IMG/VR virus record: IMGVR_UViG_3300020198_000019
Location: 1-57,551 of that record
DNA length: 57,551 bases
Direction: 5' to 3' (one strand)
Source of the DNA: a virus
Lineage: Duplodnaviria; Caudoviricetes
A model generated the notes under the pieces. The model had not been told where the DNA came from and made no database searches. It saw only the letters and a list, made by a program, of their open reading frames with translations. Shown one piece after another: positions 40,188 to 50,313 of the stretch. Every line of letters begins with the position of its first letter. Within the stretch, counting starts at the first letter, position 1. The position numbers and the translations under genes are program-made.

Positions 40188-41618
40188 ATGCCAAACGGGC
40201 ATTGCACTCTCTCGCCGTCGTCCGCTAAGCGATGGATTTCGTGCCCGGGCAGTTTGTTTGCGCCGCAGGGCGACACTGGCGGCGTGGACGCGCAACGGGG
40301 GACTTTGCAGCACAAGCTGTTTGAGTTCCTGCTGTGGCAGCACATGCAGGGTTGGGCTCCGGGCAAAACCTGCGGGCCTTTATCCCGCATAACACCAGTT
40401 TGGGAGGGCGTACCGTTTGTGCAGTGGGTACATTCACACCCTTTGCACAGCATGTACCAGCACACATGGTCACACACCCCCGACGTGCATCTATGTGATG
40501 ACGACTTCTACTTGGTGGAAGACGCGTTTCGGATGGTGTTGGAGATCGTGCGGTCTCACGAGCTGGAATTTGTGTACGTGTTCTCCGAGTGGCGGATGTC
40601 GCTGAGCGTCGTCGGAATGCGGGACGACCCCGGTCAGTCAGCAGAGCCGTGGTGTGGCGGCACAGCGGACTGCGTACTGGTCGGGTCTCGACAGGGGCGC
40701 AAGGTCGTGATCGTTTGCGATCTCAAAACCGGACGTAACCGTGTGCATCCGGATGATCCGCAACTGTTGTTGTATGCAGCAATGGTACTAGGTCAGCTCC
40801 ACGTAGCAGAAACACCAGCGTCAGACCCTGCCGTTGTGGCGTGGTTGCGGGATGCCCCTTTGGCGGCGAGTGGGGTAATAACCGCAGTGCTTCAGCCAAA
40901 GAGTAACCCGGCGTTGGCGATGCATAACTGCTCGCCGGACGAACTCGCCAACGTTGTGGATGCGGTTAAGCGTGTGAAAGGTCTTATTGTCCCGCACGAT
41001 CTGTCGTCCACGAATCCGCCTGCGGATTTACTGGTCGCCGGACCGCACTGTCAGTACTGCAGGCGGCGTAGTGTGTGCTCCGCATACACGACCATGCACC
41101 AGCATGAGTTTGCCGCTGTTGTTTGGGAAGCCCCGGGCAAACAGGTTCTGCCGTTGCCTGTGGCAGACCTGACTATCGAACAGCTCTTGCAGTTCGAGCG
41201 GCGTATTGATGTGGTCACGCAATTTTGCAGTGACGTAAAGAAGGAGTTACTACGCAGAGCGCACAGGGGCGTAGCAATCCCCGGTAAAAAATTAGTCACC
41301 GTGTTTGGCCACAGGCAGTGGCACGTTGACGAACGGATGACGGGGGAGCAGGTGGTTATTGAGTTGTCGCAGGCGATGGGCGTTCCGTCCGACGTGTGCG
41401 TTGACACGACACCTGCCTCCCCTGCCGAGGTCGAAAGGCGGCTGCGATCTCGGTACGGCTTGAAAAAAGCGGAGGCGGCGGAAGCTGTCAACCGCTTCGC
41501 TCGGGCAAAAATGCAAGCCGTCAAACTTGTTGATCGTGACGCCTCCGGCGACGAGGTTACGCCGGAAGCCATTGTGCATTTCTTAAACGCTATTCAGGAT
41601 GCTGAAAACAATGACTGA
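40188..41618 (+). CDS. DUF2800-family PD-(D/E)XK (Cas4-like) nuclease
   Basis: LSPSSAKRWISCPGS, GT..H, GTAD, DLKTG, QLLLYA, GPHCQYC...C. Confidence 0.88.
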   Translation: MPNGHCTLSPSSAKRWISCPGSLFAPQGDTGGVDAQRGTLQHKLFEFLLWQHMQGWAPGKTCGPLSRITPVWEGVPFVQWVHSHPLHSMYQHTWSHTPDVHLCDDDFYLVEDAFRMVLEIVRSHELEFVYVFSEWRMSLSVVGMRDDPGQSAEPWCGGTADCVLVGSRQGRKVVIVCDLKTGRNRVHPDDPQLLLYAAMVLGQLHVAETPASDPAVVAWLRDAPLAASGVITAVLQPKSNPALAMHNCSPDELANVVDAVKRVKGLIVPHDLSSTNPPADLLVAGPHCQYCRRRSVCSAYTTMHQHEFAAVVWEAPGKQVLPLPVADLTIEQLLQFERRIDVVTQFCSDVKKELLRRAHRGVAIPGKKLVTVFGHRQWHVDERMTGEQVVIELSQAMGVPSDVCVDTTPASPAEVERRLRSRYGLKKAEAAEAVNRFARAKMQAVKLVDRDASGDEVTPEAIVHFLNAIQDAENND

Positions 41619-42381
41619 GAAAGAAGACCCGTGTCGGGTAACAGTGGGGCCGTTGGTCCTTTCGTACCCAGCACTACATACGCCAAAGGCGTCCCTCAAC
41701 AAGACGCAGGATATGCAGTACTCTGCAGAGTTTTGGTTGCTTGCCGACAACCCCCACGCTGCAGAGATCCACAAATCGCTGGTAACGGCTTCGCAGGCAG
41801 CATGTGCCGAAAAGCAGGTGCCGTTTAACTCTCACACAATGCAGCCGCTGAAAGAAATTGACCCCGCCAAACTACCTGCGGGGAGATCCGGATGGATGTT
41901 TCGCGCCAACTCCAAGAGTCGGCCAGAACTGTTCGTGTGCCGGACCAAAGGGCATTTGGTGCCTGCTATCGAGACCGATCTGTACCCCGGATGTCACGTC
42001 TACGCTACCATCCGAGCGAGTTTTTACTCGTTGCAGGGCGAGAATAATGTTCCGGTCAAGGGCGTCAAGTTCTACCTGAACGGGGTGTGCAAGGTCGGTG
42101 ATGGCCAGCGTATGGGTGGCGGTCCTGTAGACGCCGCAGAAACATTCTCTGCGACGGATATGCAGATCATGGCTTTCGACGCCGCGCCTACCCCGGGATT
42201 CGAGGGCATTCCGAGTACGCCCGCTGCACCGGCCCCGCCGTGGCAGCAGCAGGCACCGGCCCCGCCGTGGCAGCAGCAGGCACCGGCCCCGCCGTGGCAG
42301 CAGCAGGCACCGGCTGCAGCTCCGCCTGCCGGCCCCGGGTACGTTATTCCGGGGTGGCCTTCTAACGCCCCATCCTTTTGA
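41611..42381 (+). CDS. DUF2815-family ssDNA-binding protein (T7 gp2.5-like)
   Basis: LSYPAL, LYPGC, GVKFYLNGV.KVGDGQRMGG motifs. Confidence 0.82.
   Translation: MTEKEDPCRVTVGPLVLSYPALHTPKASLNKTQDMQYSAEFWLLADNPHAAEIHKSLVTASQAACAEKQVPFNSHTMQPLKEIDPAKLPAGRSGWMFRANSKSRPELFVCRTKGHLVPAIETDLYPGCHVYATIRASFYSLQGENNVPVKGVKFYLNGVCKVGDGQRMGGGPVDAAETFSATDMQIMAFDAAPTPGFEGIPSTPAAPAPPWQQQAPAPPWQQQAPAPPWQQQAPAAAPPAGPGYVIPGWPSNAPSF
42226..42314 (+). repeat. 27-bp perfect tandem repeat x3 (APAPPWQQQ)
   Basis: gcaccggccccgccgtggcagcagcag at 42226, 42253, 42280, plus a partial fourth copy. Confidence 0.95.
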
Positions 42382-42410
42382 TTGAGGAGTCCGCAGTGCG
42401 CCGTATACCG

Positions 42411-42623
42411 ATGAAACGTACGGATGCTGTGGATCACAAGAAGTGCGGTGCTGTGATTCGTAAGGCCCGCCGTGAGGCGGGCCTTACTCTCCGAGCAGTG
42501 TCCAATAACAGCGGTCTGTCCGTGCAGTACCTCTCTGCTCTCGAGCTGGGGAGGCGGCAGTGGAGCCGCAAGTTGTTTGAGGCCGTAATCAATGCCATCG
42601 ACTCCGCGATATCTGATGATTGA
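42411..42623 (+). CDS. XRE-family HTH regulator
   Basis: IRKARREAGLTLRAVS...GLSVQYLSALELGRR. Confidence 0.85.
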   Translation: MKRTDAVDHKKCGAVIRKARREAGLTLRAVSNNSGLSVQYLSALELGRRQWSRKLFEAVINAIDSAISDD

Positions 42624-44715
42624 CTTCGAGACCCGGTCGCCTCTCGACCTCAAGGAGGTGAGTTACGACCGATATGCGAGTCATCATCATACGGATGTGC
42701 TGTGTCTTGGCATCGCATTGGATGGCCAACAACCGAGGTGCGTGATCCCCGAACAGGGTCCGGTCTTGAGGCGCAGTCGAACTCCCCCCGAAATTGACTA
42801 CGCTATTCGAGCCCGGATCCCTGTTTATGCGCACAACGTCGCGTTCGACAAACGCGTGTATCAACATCAGGCCGTGGATAAACTGGGGTGGACCCCCATC
42901 CCCGAGGAATTGTGGCGGTGCTCCATGGCCATCGCTGCGTACTATGCGTTGCCTCGTTCTCTCAAGGCGCTGGCCAAAGCACGTAACCAAGAATCACAAA
43001 AGGACGCTGTCGGTAGCCGCATACTGGCTCAAGTGAGTAAGCCGAAGAAGCCGACAAAGATTCAAGCGTTGGCCTTCGCCAAAACGTTTGGGTCAGACCC
43101 TCGTGCGTGGCCTCTGTTGTGGTACGATCAGACTAGCAAACTGGATTTGGTCTATGCCTACTGCGTAACAGACATCACCACGCAGTGTGAGTTCCTGAAC
43201 AGCATGGGTCCGCTCCCTCCGGACCGACAAGCAGACTGGCTGATGGACAGACGCATAAACGAGCGAGGGGTTCGCGTCGACATCCCCACTCTGCTGGCGT
43301 TGAGCCGGCGACGGGCACAGGCGGTTGACGACTACAACGCCAAGGTGCGGGCGATTACCACGTCGCATGCGTACCCGGGAGGGTTTGTGTCCTCCGTCGA
43401 CCAAGTTGCCGCAATCCGGGAATACCTGTCGATGCGTGGCGTAGTAGTGCTCGACGTGACTAAAAGCACAGTAACGACTCTGCTCAAACGCACTGACGTT
43501 CCCGACGATTGCCGGAGGTTGCTGGAGTGCCGCCAACAAGCGGGCAAATCTAGTCTGGCAAAGCTCGACAGCTTCTCCACCTTTACGGACGTTGACTGTC
43601 TGTTGCGCGACTCGCTGGTGTGGCACGGGGCTACGACAGGCCGGTACACTGGACGAGGTGTGCAGCTCCACAACATAGTACGCGATACGTTGAGCGCACG
43701 GGATTATGACACACTGGTTGATTGCCTGACCAATGGGTCGGACTTTGAATCACGAACGTGGGATCACCCTCGCCCGGACCTTGTTCCGGAGATTATTTCG
43801 CAGGCTTTGCGTGGCCTGATTATACCTCGGGAAGGTAACCAGTTATTGATCAGCGACTTCAGCTCGATCGAGTGCCGGGTGCTGGCGTGGCTGGCGGATT
43901 GCCGGCTGTTGCTGCAGGCGTTTGCTAAGGGGGAGTGCGTGTACCGCCAATTCGCTGAACGAGCAACAGGCAAGCCGGCATCTGAGATCGGAAAGAAGAG
44001 TCAAGAGAGACAGCTCGGAAAGGTCGCCGTGTTGGGCCTCGGCTACGGTATGGGCGGCACGCCCCGCCCGGGGACCGCCACGTACCCGCTCAGCACCTTT
44101 CAAGCCGCAGCAGCCGGCAGCCCGTACTTCCTAACGCTGGATGATGACACCAGCAAAAGGATCGTGCGCTTGTTCCGTGAAACATACGCAGAGATACCGA
44201 CTATGTGGAAGAATTTGGAAGCTGCTTTTATTGCGGCGATATCGCAACACAGAGTCGTGCAATGCGGTCGGCTGCTGGTTGGAGTAACGCCGCCGGGTGC
44301 TGAACGGTTTGCGTGGATCCGCCTTCCGAGCGGCAGACAGATATGGTACCCGGACCCCCAAGTATCCACGGTGGAAAAACGTATCGGCAACCGCACATCA
44401 CAGGTTTTACAGGCCTCTTTTATGACGGAGCACCCAACCACTCGGCAGTGGGTGCGGATGCCTACGTGGGGTGGAACACTGGTCGAGAACGTGGTGCAGG
44501 CTGCGGCGTGCGATCTGCTGGTGGAGTCCATCCGGCGGGTGGAAGATCACGGGTACCCAGTGATCCTGTCAGTCCACGACGAAGTGGTCGCCGAAGGCCC
44601 GTGCGGGGAGGATCACGTACACACGTTTCATGGTCTGATGAGAGCAACCCCCGAATGGGCGGATGGACTGCCGATGGATTGCGAAAGCGAGGGCAAACCG
44701 CGGTATGGAAAATGA
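42592..44715 (+). CDS. Phage DNA polymerase, family A, with 3'-5' exonuclease
   Basis: IDFET exo I, motif A SDFSSIECRV, motif B RQLGKVAVLGLGYG, motif C VHDE. Confidence 0.95.
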   Translation: MPSTPRYLMIDFETRSPLDLKEVSYDRYASHHHTDVLCLGIALDGQQPRCVIPEQGPVLRRSRTPPEIDYAIRARIPVYAHNVAFDKRVYQHQAVDKLGWTPIPEELWRCSMAIAAYYALPRSLKALAKARNQESQKDAVGSRILAQVSKPKKPTKIQALAFAKTFGSDPRAWPLLWYDQTSKLDLVYAYCVTDITTQCEFLNSMGPLPPDRQADWLMDRRINERGVRVDIPTLLALSRRRAQAVDDYNAKVRAITTSHAYPGGFVSSVDQVAAIREYLSMRGVVVLDVTKSTVTTLLKRTDVPDDCRRLLECRQQAGKSSLAKLDSFSTFTDVDCLLRDSLVWHGATTGRYTGRGVQLHNIVRDTLSARDYDTLVDCLTNGSDFESRTWDHPRPDLVPEIISQALRGLIIPREGNQLLISDFSSIECRVLAWLADCRLLLQAFAKGECVYRQFAERATGKPASEIGKKSQERQLGKVAVLGLGYGMGGTPRPGTATYPLSTFQAAAAGSPYFLTLDDDTSKRIVRLFRETYAEIPTMWKNLEAAFIAAISQHRVVQCGRLLVGVTPPGAERFAWIRLPSGRQIWYPDPQVSTVEKRIGNRTSQVLQASFMTEHPTTRQWVRMPTWGGTLVENVVQAAACDLLVESIRRVEDHGYPVILSVHDEVVAEGPCGEDHVHTFHGLMRATPEWADGLPMDCESEGKPRYGK

Positions 44716-45154
44716 TTTCTTTAGCAAGCCGGCGTCACCTCGGCGGGTGCGAGAGCGGAGCGTCGAAGATGCGTTCCGTCGCTACTGCAAAAACCGTGGG
44801 TGGGAGTGCATTAAATGTACCCCGATGGGTACCACTTCGTACCCCGACAGGTTGGTTTTATTCGGGGGTGGTCGGGTAGCCTGGCTCGAGCTGAAAGCAC
44901 CCGGCAAGAAGCCGACCCCGTTACAGTATCAAATGATTCAAAAGCTGCTGGCCTTGGGGTACTTGGCCGGTTGGGCAGACACGACTCGATCCGCAATCCT
45001 ATGGGCTGAACTCGCGCATGCAATTCTTACCTCACCCGACGTGGATCCCGCACGAATATCAAAAGACCACCATCAATTTTGTTCACAGCCGCACAACGTT
45101 CAGCGAGCACTCGCAGGACGGGGCCGCAGTGCTGCTCGACCCCGGCATGGGTAA
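44705..45154 (+). CDS. VRR-NUC domain nuclease
   Basis: RERSVE...YPDRLVL...WLELKAPGKKPTPLQ. Confidence 0.88.
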   Translation: MENDFFSKPASPRRVRERSVEDAFRRYCKNRGWECIKCTPMGTTSYPDRLVLFGGGRVAWLELKAPGKKPTPLQYQMIQKLLALGYLAGWADTTRSAILWAELAHAILTSPDVDPARISKDHHQFCSQPHNVQRALAGRGRSAARPRHG

Positions 45155-46478
45155 GACCGCTTGTATGCTGCAGTGGATCAGTGACTGCGTGATGTTGGGC
45201 CGAGGCTCCCGCTTTCTGGTCGTAGCGCCGAAAGCGGTATGCCACATGGTCTGGCCGCAAGAGATCGCTAAGTGGGCGAACTTTCGGCACCTGACGTACG
45301 CCGTTTGTATGGGTCAGGACCAAAAGCGGCGGCAGCAGCTCAGCCTGCCCACAAACATCTCTATCATAAACCACGACGCGTTAGACTGGCTGGACCGCGT
45401 CACCAAAACCCACGCCCGGCTGCCATGGCACGCCATAATAATAGACGAAAGCACCAACTTTCGGAGCTGGGACAGCCGGCGCACTAAAGCCTTGGCAAAC
45501 CTAGTCAAGAAAATACCCCGGCGCGTGATCCTGACAGGCACACCGTCACCAAAAAACTTGGCTGACCTGTACCCGCAATTGTACATGCTCGACAACGGGG
45601 CGGCACTGGGCCAGACTATCGAGCAGTTCCGGTCGGCCTTTTGTTTCCAGGCGACTGGGCGGGGGTCCAGCTTCCACGTGAGAGACGACCGGAAGCGTCT
45701 GCTGTACTCTCGCATCCAGCCCTTGTGCCTGCGACTGGAGGCTAAGGACTACCTCAGCATGCCAGAGCTGATCACAAACGACGTGCCGGTACACCTCGAC
45801 GGCGGAGCCATGGACGTGTACGACCAGATGGAGCAGGAGATGTTCCTCGAACTAAACAGCGGGGACATTCGAGCAGCGGCCAACGCGAGCGCGCGATACA
45901 ATTTGTGTAAGCAGATTGCGACGGGGTTTGTGTACGACGAAAACAAGCAGGGCCATCCAGTACACGAGCAGGTAACAGACACCGTCGTCAGGATTGTGGC
46001 CGAGCTTGGCGGCAAGCCGGCATTGATTGCGTACCAGTTCACCTACGAACTGGAGATGTTGCGTAAGCGGATCCCGAAACTGCACGTGATACGTGGCGGG
46101 ATGAAGGCGGCAGACGTGCAACGCTTGGTGAAACTGTGGAACGAGGACAAACTGGACCCGCCGTATCTGGCGGTTCATCCGGCGGCACTATCGTTCGGTG
46201 TGAACATGCAGTTAGGATCCGGTCGGGATATCATTTGGAGTGCGCCGACGGATAACCTGATCGATTACCTGCAGTTAAACGCACGTATTCACCGGCAGGG
46301 CGTCGGCAGTTCGGTCAGGGTACACCGCCCCCGTGTAATGGGGACGGTGTGCGACCTGATTTGGGACAGGACCGACGCGAAGGAGGACGTGCAGGAAAGC
46401 CTGCTGAAGATCCTCAAAGAGTACGCAGCAGCCAAGATGCGTCTTTCTTCACTCCCCTCCGTGGTCCGGAAGACGTGA
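45018..46478 (+). CDS. SNF2-family helicase
   Basis: PHEYQ, DPGMGKT, IIDES, LTGTP, GVNMQ, QLNARIHRQG. Confidence 0.93.
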   Translation: MQFLPHPTWIPHEYQKTTINFVHSRTTFSEHSQDGAAVLLDPGMGKTACMLQWISDCVMLGRGSRFLVVAPKAVCHMVWPQEIAKWANFRHLTYAVCMGQDQKRRQQLSLPTNISIINHDALDWLDRVTKTHARLPWHAIIIDESTNFRSWDSRRTKALANLVKKIPRRVILTGTPSPKNLADLYPQLYMLDNGAALGQTIEQFRSAFCFQATGRGSSFHVRDDRKRLLYSRIQPLCLRLEAKDYLSMPELITNDVPVHLDGGAMDVYDQMEQEMFLELNSGDIRAAANASARYNLCKQIATGFVYDENKQGHPVHEQVTDTVVRIVAELGGKPALIAYQFTYELEMLRKRIPKLHVIRGGMKAADVQRLVKLWNEDKLDPPYLAVHPAALSFGVNMQLGSGRDIIWSAPTDNLIDYLQLNARIHRQGVGSSVRVHRPRVMGTVCDLIWDRTDAKEDVQESLLKILKEYAAAKMRLSSLPSVVRKT

Positions 46479-46538
46479 GTACTACGGGCAGTGCTCGTAG
46501 GCCGCCCATAACCAGACCAAAACGTGAACTTGACACGG

Positions 46539-46823
46539 CTACTCCTCCCGCAAAAACTCGTGGATGTTTGGTATCACGCCTATCTCCGGAGTGATCTTGT
46601 GCCACTCCCAATTCTGCTCCTCTGTGTTACCGCCCGGGTTGAGCAGCAGGAAGTTTCCTTCAGGCAAGGGTTTCACGCCGTGTATCGTGTACGCGACACC
46701 GTCTAAGAATATCCCAACGTTTTTACTGCACTTGCGTAACTGACTGCAGATGCTCGCCAGCCGGGTTATTTGGCTCCGAGCTATTTGGCTATAATCTACA
46801 TCATCTTCGTTTGGATCCGACAC
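46539..46823 (-). CDS. Hypothetical protein
   Basis: AGGAG RBS; end of the minus-strand arm. Confidence 0.6.
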   Translation of the reverse strand: MSDPNEDDVDYSQIARSQITRLASICSQLRKCSKNVGIFLDGVAYTIHGVKPLPEGNFLLLNPGGNTEEQNWEWHKITPEIGVIPNIHEFLREE

Positions 46824-46824
46824 G

Positions 46825-47331
46825 TCAATCTCCTAAAGCCTGAAACAAAAACTCTTCCGAATCTCCGGCCATCCCACTGTCCGGGAATAACGCCCGCACT
46901 CTGTTCTTGCGGCAGTACGCCATCAGAGCCTGCCGCAGGCCGGGCTGTGCCGGCATCTGCCAGACACGCCCGTCAAGCCATTCCTGTCTCACTGTGATCG
47001 TGGGCTCCGGCTGCTTGTTAGGCGTAGGAGGTCCGCCGTTGAACAGCGTCGGGTATTGCCCCTCTCCGCTTTCCGGCGAGACTGTAGCCTCGTAACAGGC
47101 ACGCCCTAACGACGGATGGACCGGAACTTTCGCTCCTTTAAGTGGCCCCCAAGGCAGCGACTGCACCGACCGCACGTGCCAGACCCGGTTGCGGCGGTTG
47201 AGGATCACCTCCCACACAACGGGCTGCCCGTTAAAGACTCCGTAGGCAAACGGCTGCCAACTGCAGGGGTATGGTTTACGTCTCACGAGAAGCCTCCTTT
47301 CCGAGGTGGCGGCGTCGGTGTGACCCACCAC
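46825..47331 (-). CDS. Hypothetical protein
   Basis: Abuts the next gene; start uncertain. Confidence 0.5.
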   Translation of the reverse strand: MVGHTDAATSERRLLVRRKPYPCSWQPFAYGVFNGQPVVWEVILNRRNRVWHVRSVQSLPWGPLKGAKVPVHPSLGRACYEATVSPESGEGQYPTLFNGGPPTPNKQPEPTITVRQEWLDGRVWQMPAQPGLRQALMAYCRKNRVRALFPDSGMAGDSEEFLFQALGD

Positions 47332-47402
47332 AAAAACAAGATAATCACCAGCACTAGCGACATGTCAGCCAAACCTTTTGCGAGTATCACGGCAACACCT
47401 TA

Positions 47403-47588
47403 TCAGCACAAAGTGTCAGAATCACCACCAGAAACAAAGTCAACACGCTCGCCACAATCGCTGTTGCGGCGTGGGTCCAGTCTAGGTTTTGGATAATCCC
47501 CATTTGTCTTTACCTCCCACCTTGTGTAAAAAACAAGAAACATCAACGCAGAAACGCCGGTAACCACCGGCCACACATACTGCCACAT
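47403..47588 (-). CDS. Small membrane protein
   Basis: GAGG RBS, N-terminal TM segment. Confidence 0.45.
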   Translation of the reverse strand: MWQYVWPVVTGVSALMFLVFYTRWEVKTNGDYPKPRLDPRRNSDCGERVDFVSGGDSDTLC

Positions 47589-47874
47589 GACGCACCTCTG
47601 TGTTTGGTACCAAGCAATCAGTACCCACGCTCAACAAAACCACCGATCTCCGTCGCAATCCGCCGAGCCGTTTCGTAATCACGATACCGATCGTGGAACA
47701 AACCGCCCCGCGAGTAGACCGCCCACGTGTGAAAACCATAAGTGCCGGTCACTGTTCAGCCCTCCCGATGAACCAGCCAACAGTCCATACAAACGCCAAC
47801 AACCACGCACACAAAACTTCCATTTGAAACTCCCAAAAAAAAACGCCCCGGATTGCTCCGGGGCTGCGTTGTTG

Positions 47875-48132
47875 TCACTTGTTGCGGCTGCGGTCGGCGA
47901 ACCACTCGCCACCACGGAGCACGAACCACCGGGGCATCATATCGCGACCGATCACCGCATAGGCGTTTGCCCCGTCGTAGTATCGTGTTTCACCGCCAAC
48001 CGTCCGGCATTCGTATTGACCGAGCAGCATTTGACCCGCTTGCTCACGATCCTTGCGGTCGCGTGCCGCATATTCGTTATCGGCTCGCAGGCTGTCAGCA
48101 TTCGGCAGAACTGTTCCAATCATTCGCGGCAT
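47875..48132 (-). CDS. Array gene, hypothetical
   Basis: Start and stop fixed by flanking A elements. Confidence 0.75.
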   Translation of the reverse strand: MPRMIGTVLPNADSLRADNEYAARDRKDREQAGQMLLGQYECRTVGGETRYYDGANAYAVIGRDMMPRWFVLRGGEWFADRSRNK

Positions 48133-48198
48133 CGTCTCAACTCCCAGCCTAAAGAAAAATCCCCGCCGCCCTATGCTGCGGGGCTGTTGTGTTGTGCC

Positions 48199-48411
48199 TC
48201 AGTCCCGATACACGGCACCGTATTGCTCGTCCTGCCAGATGGTGTACGCAACATTGTCAGCCTCCACGATTTCGCCAGTCAGCATTCCGTCGGCATCGAC
48301 TTCCAAATACCAGCCCGAGCAGCACCATTCCTGCGGGATGTCCTCGACGCTGTTGCCCTGATATTTGACCGCCACAAGTGCCAGTTCTCGCTGCGTAATT
48401 TCCCGTGCCAT
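48199..48411 (-). CDS. Array gene, acidic hypothetical (MAREITQ...)
   Basis: ATG just after the GGGAG of an A element; flanked by identical 54-bp repeats. Confidence 0.75.
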   Translation of the reverse strand: MAREITQRELALVAVKYQGNSVEDIPQEWCCSGWYLEVDADGMLTGEIVEADNVAYTIWQDEQYGAVYRD

Positions 48412-48478
48412 TGCCCTAACTCCCAGCCTAAAGAAAAATCCCCGCCGCCCTATGCTGCGGGGCTGTTGTGTGTGTGTG

Positions 48479-48730
48479 TCAGTCCAGTTTGTGCGTGAAT
48501 CCGTGAAAATGCCGCCTCGCACACGCACGGCCAACCGGGAAAAATCCCATATACCCGGGATCGCTTTCGTCGGTGTTCAGCCCTGGGGCAGCCACCTGTC
48601 TGCCGCCGTCAATCACCTCGACGAACAGCGGCTCGCTCGTCAGCTTGCGACCACAGCACGCACAGTGTTCCGTGCTGCCTTGCGTGCTGTGGTCTGCCCA
48701 CTTCATCGGAATCATCGCTGCTGTGCTCAT
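48479..48730 (-). CDS. Array gene, Cys-motif protein (CACCGRKL...VGRACAR)
   Basis: Bounded by A elements; probable zinc-binding motif. Confidence 0.75.
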   Translation of the reverse strand: MSTAAMIPMKWADHSTQGSTEHCACCGRKLTSEPLFVEVIDGGRQVAAPGLNTDESDPGYMGFFPVGRACARRHFHGFTHKLD

Positions 48731-48797
48731 CGTCGTAACTCCCAGTCAGAAGTAAAATGCCCGCCAGCACTGTGCTGCGGGGCTGTTGTGTTGTGTC

Positions 48798-49040
48798 TCA
48801 GTCTACGATCCGCCGGATTGATCGTCCGTGGAATGTGCCCTTGCGGATACGGTCAGACCAGCCACGACCCTCGCCCCAGTAGTGTGCCCTGTCCAGCAGC
48901 ACTACTGCCTGCCCTCGGGCGTTGTCGCTGAATCCAATCACTCGACCAATCACCAGCATCTCAGTCGCACCGTGATTGTATCGCGCCAGAATGTCGCCGA
49001 CTCGCACGCCGTTCCACTGAATCCGATTTGATACCTGCAT
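48798..49040 (-). CDS. Array gene, small beta-rich hypothetical
   Basis: Bounded by A elements. Confidence 0.72.
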   Translation of the reverse strand: MQVSNRIQWNGVRVGDILARYNHGATEMLVIGRVIGFSDNARGQAVVLLDRAHYWGEGRGWSDRIRKGTFHGRSIRRIVD

Positions 49041-49103
49041 TTGCCCAACTCCCAGTCAGAAGAAAAATGCCCCGCCGCACTGTGCAGCGGGGCGGTGTGT
49101 GTG

Positions 49104-49367
49104 TCAGCCGCCGTACTCGACAACACTCAGGCGGAATGACTCGCCGCTGTCAGTCTTGCCCCACACATCATAGGTGCATTCGCCGTCTGCGTCCTCGACA
49201 CTGGCGTTTGCGGCGTAGTCAATTTCATCGACGCCAGTCAGTGCGTCTTCCAGCCATTCCAGATTGTCTCTCACATCGACCCGAACGCGAACCGTTACAG
49301 TGCGGTCTTTGCTAATGCTAGTTGCAATTGCGGCTTCGATCTTCATCGCTCGGGTAACAGTCGTCAT
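49104..49367 (-). CDS. Array gene, acidic hypothetical (MTTVTRA...)
   Basis: Bounded by A elements. Confidence 0.75.
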   Translation of the reverse strand: MTTVTRAMKIEAAIATSISKDRTVTVRVRVDVRDNLEWLEDALTGVDEIDYAANASVEDADGECTYDVWGKTDSGESFRLSVVEYGG

Positions 49368-49459
49368 CGTCTGAACTCCCAAAAACTAAATGGATACGCC
49401 CCGCCGCACTGTGCAGCGGGGTGGTGTGTTGTTGTTTTGCTTCATTCCGCTTCAGCGTC

Positions 49460-49678
49460 TTAGCTCTTCTTCAGCAGCACGTAATCGATGTACTTGAACT
49501 GACATTCCGCAAGCTGATCGGACAATTGCCACATGATTTCTGTCGCATCAAAATCCGCTTCTTTTTGTGCTGCGTGCCCTGCCTTGCGAAGCAGCTTCCA
49601 TGTGTCCAGCATATGCGCCATCGCCACTTGCTGCAGTGCAGCACTGTCCTGTTGTTTTTGTGATTTACGTTTTGCCAT
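49460..49678 (-). CDS. Array gene, helical hypothetical
   Basis: ATG after A-element RBS. Confidence 0.7.
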   Translation of the reverse strand: MAKRKSQKQQDSAALQQVAMAHMLDTWKLLRKAGHAAQKEADFDATEIMWQLSDQLAECQFKYIDYVLLKKS

Positions 49679-49740
49679 TTGCCCAACTCCCAGTCAGAAG
49701 AAAGCCCCGCCGCACCATGCGACGGGGGAACACGTCCATC

Positions 49741-49983
49741 TCACCGTGACTGTCGGTCAATCGACTGCCAATGAGCCAGCGTGTCGGCGTCCAAATCAAA
49801 CGACTCACCGACCTCAGAGTGCCAGCCATTGGTGTTGACCCTGCGCCCACGCAATCCATCAGCCGTCTGGCGTGCCTGCAGGTGGCAAACGCCACCGTGC
49901 GCGGCTCTATTTTCGTCTCGGCTCACGGAGCCGGTATACCCCACAGTTGCCACTGTGGTCCATGTTCGAGTGATCCTACTCAT
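49741..49983 (-). CDS. Array gene, hypothetical (MSRITRT...ENRAAHGGVC)
   Basis: ATG after A-element RBS. Confidence 0.75.
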   Translation of the reverse strand: MSRITRTWTTVATVGYTGSVSRDENRAAHGGVCHLQARQTADGLRGRRVNTNGWHSEVGESFDLDADTLAHWQSIDRQSR

Positions 49984-50050
49984 CGTCTGCAACTCCCAGT
50001 CAGAAGAAAAATCCCCGCCAGCACTGTGCAGCGGGCTGTTGTGTGTGTCA

Positions 50051-50233
50051 TCACCACGCCGCCTGAATGTCCGCGTGTGCCACGGTGATAATGCGGCCAC
50101 TCCCTGTCAGCAGCCGCACAGCCGTTCGTCCTACCGCCACGATCCGCAGTGTTTTGCCGTCCACAGTTGCCCAGCGGCTTGTGTTTTTGCAGTCGCCAGC
50201 GATGTTCTTGAGTTCGTTAGTGTTCATCTTCAT
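50051..50233 (-). CDS. Array gene, small hypothetical
   Basis: Bounded by A elements. Confidence 0.7.
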   Translation of the reverse strand: MKMNTNELKNIAGDCKNTSRWATVDGKTLRIVAVGRTAVRLLTGSGRIITVAHADIQAAW

Positions 50234-50313
50234 CAACTCCCAGTCAGAAAAGAACCCCGCCGCACTGTGCTGCGGGGCTGTTGTGTTTCACTCGTCCGCC
50301 TGCATGATCTTAA

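Noticed and set aside
39314-40477. Long antisense or alternate-frame ORFs (e.g. 39314-40477, 25616-26674, 47587-48498, 54426-55436)
   Set aside because: They shadow better-supported genes or read through repeats, lack RBS and motifs, and are expected at this GC content
40188-41618. Cas4 of a CRISPR adaptation module
   Set aside because: Context is the standard DUF2800-DUF2815-PolA phage replication cluster; no cas1 or cas2
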